Below are positions 54,612-64,000 of a DNA stretch of 64,000 nucleotides, piece after piece. The notes beneath the pieces were generated by a model. The model saw only the letters and a list, made by a program, of their open reading frames with translations. It did not search any database and was not told the origin of the DNA. The first letter of the stretch is position 1; each line of letters opens with the position of its first letter. A program made the translations under genes and the position numbers. Source of the stretch: Octopus vulgaris. Lineage: Eukaryota. The stretch is taken from assembly GCA_951406725.2 (NCBI GenBank), contig OX597835.1, positions 32,736,001 through 32,800,000 of the forward strand, in the 5' to 3' direction.

Positions 54612-55150
54612 GTTTATGTATTTGTATATATATTTATGTATGTGCATGTATTTGTATTTATGCATGTATGTACATCTATACACAGACACACACAATAGCG
54701 TGTTGTTAAGGGACATTATAATGTTGTACACATTCAGTGTTTACTGTTCAACCAACCAGCTGAAATAACTTACTTTGAATAACCAAAGGTCGATATTAAC
54801 GGCTTCGATAAATCATGCAATATAAAAGATGATAGATTCTCAGCTGTAAATACATATTTCTTGGATAAAATCGTAAAACACTTTTATACATAAAACATGC
54901 ACACGCAGAAACATGCCCACACACATTAACGCAAACAAACGCAGTTATATGTGTACATGCATAATACATACATGCGCACAAACATACATACATACATACA
55001 TAAATACAAATAAATAAGCAGATAAATAGATAGATAGATTGATGGATAGATAGATAGATAGATAGATAGATAGACATATATATATATATAAATGATAGAT
55101 GGATAGAGAGATAGATAGATAGATGGATAGATAGATAGATAGATAGATAT

Positions 55151-56719
55151 GTTTCTTTATTAGCCACACAGCGCTGCACACAGACAGAACAAATTACAAG
55201 GTAGAGCTTTTCTTTTGGGGGTAAAAAAATGGGGGTTGGTTTTCGATGAAAAGGGATCGTAAAAGGAAAGAAAGAGGACAAAAAAAACGGGAGGATTTAA
55301 AAAAAGGGGGGGAGAGGAAAAAAAAAAGAAAAGGGGAGAGGAAGAAAAAAGTTGATCAATAGGGATCGTAATCACAGAAATGTCAATATGAAGTGTAAAG
55401 GGGAGGACAGGTGAGGTTTACCCGTGGAAAGAAAAGCCTACGGAAAAGACCACGGTAACCTCGGTCAATGAAGTCACATGTTATATTTCTTTTTTTTTTT
55501 GCAAATAAGCAACTCTCTGTATTAATTTTTACGGTTCATAGAATCATAGTCAAGGTGGCTTCGTCGTTCATACATGCCATCCTTGCTACATTCACCCATC
55601 TTTTTTTAAAACATTCACTAGACAAAACTTGCCTCTCTACTCTCATTTTCCTCTTCAAGTGATACTTGAAGAAGTTGATGAGAGATTGACCAGAGAGGAA
55701 AGTGTTTGTCTCTAATCCTTTCAGACGCGTCCACCAGATACATTATTTCGCCATAGCCACAAGTATGATAAAAATAGTTCTTCCTTCCCGTTTGAAGGAA
55801 GGAGGCGTGACGATATTAACGATAGACTCGGCTGATAAACCGACACGTCCCACACGTGACAGCAGTCGTTCGACAAAAGCCCACAGGTCGGAAATTGCTG
55901 GACACTGCACGATTGCGTGCAGAGCAGTTTCGTCGCTCTGCCCGCATCTCGGGCAGGTCGGCCCCGTGTTTCTCGAGCCATGCCTATAGAGCTTATCCTG
56001 AACGGGTAGCGCTTCTCGGTAGCACCGCCAGGCCAGCGATCTCTGGAAGTTGTCCATAGGTCCCGGGCCGAAAGTCGTTTGAAACAGGCGGGTCAGGTAT
56101 TCTTCGTCGACGCCCAGGTTTGCCCCGAGATCCTCGTCGTACCTCCCCTCCACTAATCCCCTATAGAATGCTTTGGTTGTGTTGAAGTCACTCAAAGTCG
56201 ACCCGGGACGGCAGAGTTGCTTGAGAGCAACGCGACACTCGCGGTGCCATTCACCCTTCCTCGGCCTCTTTTTGATCCACGACTGCAGTTCGGTCATGGA
56301 GACGAGTTGCGGGAATGCGTGCCTCACAAACGGCGACCACACCTGTTCACCGTCGTCTACATAGAGCCGGAGATGTCGCAGTCTCAGCGCGTGTCTGCGC
56401 ATCATCAACCACGCATGCCCAGCCCTCCTTTTAACGGGTGTTGACAGCAAATGGATCGCCTGACCATCAGGACGCATCCTTTCCACAAGAAGCGGAAGAG
56501 AATGCGTTCTAGTTTGGTGATGGTAGGGTCGGGACAAGGTACGACGGTCAGGCGGTAGTAGATGATGGACGCGATGTACGTGTTCGCCTCCTCCGCCCGA
56601 CCTTTTAGGGACAGTTTCCTCTCGGCCCATTGCTGGGCGAGAGTGACCACCCTACTCGTTATCTCGTTCCAGTTCTTCTCCATTTGGAGGTCTGGACCGA
56701 ACCAGACCCCGAGCAACTC

Positions 56720-56720
<1 letters not shown>
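55151..56720 (-). mobile_element. Tx1/L1-like LINE, 5'-truncated, flanked by (GATA)n
   Basis: ORFs 56405-56716 and 55743-56630 match ORF2 C-terminus; intact 3' end; (GATA)n at ~55020-55149 and 56721-56902. Confidence 0.92.
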
Positions 56721-56784
<64 letters not shown>

Positions 56785-56785
56785 T

Positions 56786-56904
<119 letters not shown>

Positions 56905-58252
56905 TGTAAGATATGTATGTATGTATGCGTACCTATATATGCAATTATAAAGGAAGAGAGAAATATACTATGATAAATCACATTTTACCATTGGATATTC
57001 ATATTTTACATTTGTTTCGCAGCTTAATAAACATGTATAAATAGTTTATCATATTTTATAATAGATAATAAATTTTTTACATATCTATATTAATACATTT
57101 ATATGCACACACACACACACACACATACATACACACATACATACATACATACATACATACATACATAGATACATACACAGACACACACATACACACATAC
57201 ACACATACACGCATGTACACATACATACATACACATACACACACATACATACATACATACATACATACATACACACACACACACTTACACACATACACAC
57301 ATACATACATACATACACACATACACACACATACATACATACATACACACATACATACATACACACACACATACACACACATACACACATACATACATAC
57401 ATACATACATACATACATACATACATACATACACATACATACATGCATATGGGGTTGGCTGTATTGCAGGCGTGGGGCAGTGTGTGTATGTGTGTGCCTG
57501 TGGATTCACATACACCCACACCAATTGTTTTCCCATCAATCTTTCAATTATAAAGTGTGTGCTTGCATACATATATATACACACATATAAACATATAAAC
57601 ACACATATAAACCTCTACATTTGTACACACACGCACATATATACATACATTCACTCGCACGCACATACACACACACGCACACACACACACACACACATTT
57701 ACATATATATACTATACACGCACACACACATACACACGTACAAACACACACAAATTCACATACACACCGACACATATACATACACACAATATATACCTAC
57801 ACGCGCACGCACACATACACATACGTACACACACGCATACAAACGCACACATACACGCACACACAATTACACGCACATACATACACACACACACACACAA
57901 ATGAACCCACACATACATCCCATACACACGGCACACAATTATACATACACGCACACACATATACACACACACACTACAAACAAAACACACACACGATACA
58001 TATACATACACGCACACACACATACCTCTCTCTCTCTATCTATATATATATATATATACATATGTATGCAATTTGTAAATCATGTATTGTATTCTATGCG
58101 ATTTGTACAGTGATACAATAAGGAGGCTTTCACTCAGTGCAACAATCAGAAACTCTCCAAACTTTAAATTGATGGAACCATCCCCTTTACTTCTCAGTCA
58201 GTTTTGTAACTTTACTTTGGCTGCTTCACCATTTTTTTCAGATCTCACATAT

Positions 58253-58634
58253 TCTTTTCTACTCTAGGCACAAGGCCCGAAATTTTTCTGGAGCTGGACG
58301 GGGCCAGTTGATTAGATCAACCCCAGTACGCAATTGGTACTTAATTTACGGTTCCCGAAAGGATGAAAGTAAATGTCGACCTCGGCGGATTTTGAACTCA
58401 GAACGTAACGGCAGACGAAATACCTATTTCTTAAATACCCACAAGGGGATAAACACAGAGAGGACAAACAAGGACAGACAAATGGATTATGTCGATTACA
58501 TCGTCCCCAGTACGTAAATGGTATTATTTAATCGACCCAGAAAGGATAAAAGGCAAAGTCGACATTGGCCGAATTTGAACCCAGAACGTAACGGCAGACG
58601 AAATACCGCTAAGCATTTCGCCCGGTGAGCTAAC
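58253..58634 (-). mobile_element. SINE family A dimer with two different tails
   Basis: Head, body, tail 1 (CCCCTTGTGGG), body, tail 2 (GGGCCTTGTGCCTAGAGTAGAAAAG). Confidence 0.8.
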
Positions 58635-59180
58635 GTTTCTGCCAGCCCGCCGCCTTTCACATCTCTCACATTGTCCATATAGAGTTTTTTTCTGACATTT
58701 CTTTATTATTTTTAGTTCCATTTTCATTTTACTTTTTCCTGATATCTGTTGCGTTTTTGTACTTGGTGTGCAAGATTCACATAAGTTGATCTGATTTTGG
58801 GAGGTTCATAAGGCCAAAAATAAACACACGCACTAAATCTACTTCACCTCTTTTTATCGGGTCGAAGAAATAATTATCAGTTGTGCACTGGGGTCGATGT
58901 AATCGATTGACCCTTTGCCCCGAAATTGTTGGCCTTGTTCCAGAATATAAACAATTATTATTTTTAACACCCACATTTTTTCTTCGAAGTGAAGCTATCG
59001 AGTGTAAATTTTGATTTTGATGCAGCAGAACGCAAGTGTTTTTCAGCATCTTGCTGGTTTGACTGGGGTTTAGAATATTTCTCTCATTTTTTTTTTTTTT
59101 TGATGTTTTTAGTTTACAAGATTCTTAATGTAAATTCGTGGGTTGAAATAAATTTTGTTGTATCTCGGGAAAGTCATTAC

Positions 59181-59410
59181 GTTTCTTTATTACCCACAAG
59201 GTCGCTAAACATAGAGGGGACAAACAAGGACAGACAAACGGATTAAGTCGATTACATACCGCCAGTGCGTAACTGTTTCTTATTTTATTGACCCCGAAAG
59301 GATGAAAGGCAAAGTCGACCTTGGTGGAATTTGAACTTAGAACATAACGGCAGACGAAATACGGCTACGCTTTTCACCCGGCGTGCTAAAGATTCTGCCA
59401 GCTCGCCGCC
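59181..59410 (-). mobile_element. SINE family A monomer with TSD-like flanks
   Basis: Complete copy; flanks TCGGGAAAGTCATTA and TCGGGAGGGTCATTA. Confidence 0.85.
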
Positions 59411-59499
59411 GTTCGGGAGGGTCATTATGCTAACAACAAACTCACGCTGGTTCTATTTTACTTTGTTTATTGTTATTAATCGCAACTGATGAAATGAAA

Positions 59500-59982
59500 T
59501 TGACAAATCTAATTGATTGATTGGTTGCCTGGACAATCAATCAATCAAAGAATCGATTACCTAATTATTTAAACAGTTAACTATTTCATTAATAAGAATA
59601 CAAAATATAGAACCAGGGCGGGTGTTTATTATTGATATAAAGATCCTCCCGCCTAACAAAGCTGCAAAGTTTTCTTTGACTGGGTGCTGTAGTATAAGAC
59701 ATTACCCAAGTTGTTACGCAGTGGAACTGAACCCGGAATTGTGTAAATGGTAAGCAAGCTTCCAATCACACAGCCACGCCTGTGCCTTTTCAGTTTTTCT
59801 TGAGGTTTTTTTCAAAAATAATGGTAACAGCTATATTGACAAATCTACTTGATTAATTGGCTGAGCGGACAATTAGTCAAACAATCGATGAGCTAATTCT
59901 TTAAACGGCTAATTATTTAATTAATAAGAATAAAAGAAATAGAACCAGGCCGCGTGTTTATTATTGATATAAAGAAGCTCCT
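59500..59982. repeat. Diverged ~150-bp direct duplication separated by a SINE B fragment
   Basis: TTGACAAATCTA..ATAGAACCAGG..GTGTTTATTATTGATATAAAGA at ~59500-59650 and ~59836-59982. Confidence 0.7.
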
Positions 59983-60251
59983 GAGACACAGCAGTATTTT
60001 TTCTTTACAACTATCTTTTTTCTTTCTAGACTTTCGAATTCGTTGCCTTTCAAAGAATGAAAGAAAAATTTCCCTTTGTTTATGTTTGGAAGCCATTAAG
60101 ACTTTTCCATTATTTTATTCCAGGCTCTTTTTAAAGTCAAACACTAGGTATTGTATAGTGAATGCTTAACTACATAAGGCCCCCACCTCCCTGTAGTTGT
60201 AGTAAATATGTTTTTCCTCTCTCTTTGTTTGCGATCACGTATTCTAAAAGT

Positions 60252-60530
60252 GAAGGCACGTGGCGTAGTGGTTAATCTGTCGCACTCACGATCTCTAGTT
60301 CGTAGTTTCGATTCCCAAACTGGGACGGTACGTTGTGTTCTTGAGCAAAACAATTCATTTCACGTTGCCCCAGTCTCCGCTCTTGATCAGTGGAGGTGGG
60401 ATGTAGGCCTGCTCGCCTAGCTAGCTGCGTGAAATCATTTGAAGCTTAAAACAATGCATAGCGCATTGTGACCAGCGAAATGTAACGGCATCCGATAGTC
60501 TGACTGGTCACGTGATAACATGACCACATG
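60252..60530 (+). mobile_element. tRNA-derived SINE
   Basis: TGGCGTAGTGG A box, GTTTCGATTCC B box, TTGTGTTCTTGAGCAAAAC block (also at ~23830-23875, minus), CACGTGAT-like tail. Confidence 0.6.
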
Positions 60531-60559
60531 TATTCAATATACAGTTGTTTGTTTTATTT

Positions 60560-60860
60560 CACTGTCTTATCAATTAACAGGCGTGATTTTTGTCTTAAGT
60601 TTTTGATCACAGTGTCTGGCTTGTTACCATTTATTTGCCTCTCTGTTTGTATTCCATAATCACAAAGGATGGTAGCATTTTCTCCCTCAGTGACTGGCTC
60701 TGCATGGTGTTCTTACAAGTTCTTAAGGAGCAGGAGATCATAGTGACAGCATATGCTCCAGTGCAAGTATTGAGGAACTCAATCATGCCTAGTTTTATAT
60801 TCTGTAGGTGCAAGGACTGAACAACAGAATTTGCCGGAATGTTATTTTGAGGCATAGTGA
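60560..60860 (-). pseudogene. R4/Dong-like restriction-like endonuclease region fragment
   Basis: CSVLAPTEYKTRHD*V..YLHWSIC..EHHAEPVTEGENATILCDYGIQTERQINGNKPDTVI..LLID. Confidence 0.75.
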
Positions 60861-60945
60861 CCACTAGTCCCATGAAATCTCAAGAATCTTTCGTATAATA
60901 ATAATGATGGTGATGATCATGATGATGATGATAATGATAATGATG

Positions 60946-61017
<72 letters not shown>

Positions 61018-61025
61018 TTGATAAT

Positions 61026-61252
61026 ACTCTTTTACATGTTTCAGTCATTTGACTGTGGCAAGCTTTAGGGGCACCGCCTTTAATAGAGCAAATCGACACC
61101 AGGACTTATTCTTTGTAAGCCTAGTACCTATTCCATCGGTTTCTTTACCGAACCGCTAAGTTCCTAGGACGTAAACACACCATCGGTTTTCAAGTGATGT
61201 TGGGGGACACGCACACACAAACATACACACACACACACGCACACACACACAC

Positions 61253-61305
<53 letters not shown>

Positions 61306-61455
61306 TACGACGGGCTTCTTTCAGTTTCTGTCTACCAAATCCACTCACACGGCTTTTGTTGGCCCGAGGCCATAGTAGAAGACACTTGCCCAAAGTGCCA
61401 CGCAGTGGGACTGAACCCGGAACCATGTGGTTGGTAAGCAAGCTACTTACCACAC
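61026..61455 (-). mobile_element. SINE family B, nearly full length
   Basis: Reverse complement of family B consensus with internal microsatellite. Confidence 0.85.
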
Positions 61456-61456
61456 T

Positions 61457-61712
61457 AAGAAGAAGTAGAAGAAGAAGAAGAAGAAGAAGAAGAAGAAAAA
61501 GGAGGAGGAGAAGAAGAAGTAGAATAATAATAATAATAATAATAATAATGATAATAATAATAATAATAAGAATAAGAAGAAGAAGAAGAAGAAGAAGACG
61601 AAGAAGAAGAAAAAGAAGAAGAAGAAGAAGAAGAAGGAGGAGGAGAAGAGGAGGAAAATAATAATAATCATAAGAAGAAGAAGAAGAAAAAGGAGGAGGA
61701 GAAGAAGAAGTA

Positions 61713-61754
<42 letters not shown>

Positions 61755-61845
61755 GAAGAAGAAGAAGTAGAAGAAGAAGAAGAAGAAGGAGAAGAAGGAG
61801 AAGAAGAAGAGGAAGAAGAAGAAGAAAAAGGAGGAGGAGAAGAAG

Positions 61846-61885
<40 letters not shown>

Positions 61886-62013
61886 GTAATAATGATAATA
61901 AAAAGAAGAAGAAGAAGAAGAAGAAGAAGAAGACGAAGAAGAAGAAGAAGAAGAAGAAGAAGAAGAAGAAGAAGAAGAAGAAGAAGAAGAAGAAGAAGAA
62001 GAAGAAGAAGAAG
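61457..62013. repeat. Compound (GAA)n/(GGA)n/(TAA)n microsatellite with higher-order repetition
   Basis: Block GAAAAAGGAGGAGGAGAAGAAG..(TAA)n recurs three times. Confidence 0.9.
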
Positions 62014-62491
62014 AATCGACAATCCATCTCCTTGTGGCAAGAGGATATAATCTCCAGAATTTTTTGGAGAATATAGGACGGTACTTTTCTGAACGTCTAC
62101 AGTATTAATCTCGGTTCTGATGTCTTTTAGTCTGTTAGGTAGAACTATTTTGCTGGATATAATGGAAAGTGTCAGCTGCCCACAGCTAGCAGGCAAAGGT
62201 GACACTTGTTTACTGATCATAACTTGCAAAAAAGCTTGCAAAACCTTTGAAGGTACTAGCAATGGTGATTTATTGTAAGTGTTCAATTTTTATGTTTGTG
62301 CCAATCTTTTTGATCCACGTTGTTACTTGAGTGCCGATACTTCCAAGCACGCCAATTGCTATTTCAATCATATCCACTCTCTTCATTGCCCATGGCTCGC
62401 GTATTTCCCACTTCGATTCATCATAGCTCTTCACTTTCTCTTTCTCTTCATTCTCTTCAATCCTTTTGTCACAAGGACATGCTGTGTCGAT
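62014..62491 (-). pseudogene. R4/Dong-like C-terminal fragment
   Basis: IDTACPCDKRIEENEEKEKVKSYDESKWEIREPWAMKRV..IAIGVLG..WIKKIG..HLQ; second partial copy ..VQKSTVLYS. Confidence 0.7.
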
Positions 62492-63128
<637 letters not shown>

Positions 63129-63606
63129 TTCACTTCTCAGAGCTCTCAATTACATTTCCTCCGGTTAATTCAGTAAGAGCGGACAATAAAATCTATTGTC
63201 AGAGGTTTTACAGAATCTCTTGCTACAATGCTTAACACACCCACGTTACCAATCTTAAGATCTTCACCGCCCCCAACAAAAGAACTGGAACATCATATAC
63301 ATGTTATATTTCTTACTCTTCTAATTGTTTATAATAATTCTCTCGGTATTTGTTTTTTCGTTTTTATTCTTTTACCTTCCATTTTTATCTTTTGTTTGTT
63401 TTAGTTATTGACAGTGGCCAGCTGGAGCACTACCTTGAAGGTTTATTAGTCGAACGAATCAATCGACCCCAGTGCTTATATTTTAAGCATAGTACATATT
63501 CTGTCGATACTCTGTACCGCACGGATACGTTACGAAGCATAAACGTACGAACACCGATCGCCAGGCAGTGGTGTGAATGAAACAGAAACGCAGCAAGCCA
63601 GCCGCA

Positions 63607-63653
<47 letters not shown>

Positions 63654-64000
63654 TGTATATATATATCTATGTATATATGTATATATATGTATATGTATAT
63701 TCATATATGTATATATATGTATATATACGTATGCATATATATACATATATGTATATGTATATATATGTATATATGTATGTATATACATACATATGTGTAA
63801 CTATGTACATACATACATATGTATGTATATATGTTTCCTTTTTATTTTTGTTTTTATATTTTCGTTTCTGAGTGAGTTCAAAAATTATTTGATATCCTGT
63901 ACACATTTATGCATGTATATATACATATATATGTACGTATGTACATATATGTATGTGTATATGCATATATTTATATATCATATATGTTATTATATACATA

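Noticed and set aside
60252-60330. tRNA gene (also 1-76, 20704, 43300)
   Set aside because: A and B boxes present but no complete cloverleaf; continues into SINE body

Overview
A very AT-rich, microsatellite-saturated eukaryotic window. Its SINE repertoire and composition suggest an octopus/cephalopod genome (inference). No host protein-coding gene can be confidently called, and most ORFs in the track are translations of (TA)n, (CA)n, (TAA)n, (GAA)n or (TATC)n repeats. The content is essentially transposable elements. (1) A young Penelope-like element (PLE) at ~3.0-5.1 kb has an uninterrupted GIY-YIG nuclease frame between ~650-700-bp near-identical inverted arms, each carrying a complete type I hammerhead ribozyme. 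Many smaller (TA)n-anchored, often fold-back, hammerhead-bearing relatives are scattered across the window. (2) A ~6-kb Tx1/L1-type LINE at 48.2-54.3 kb and three truncated relatives all abut (TATC)n microsatellites. Their 3' stem-loop tail is shared with an abundant multimerising SINE. (3) The rest comprises three mariner remnants, a piggyBac remnant, three non-autonomous Helitrons, RTE and R4/Dong LINE fragments and several tRNA-derived SINE families. One NRF1/ETS motif cluster at ~40.5 kb may be a promoter. Coordinates were read by eye and may be off by a few bases.
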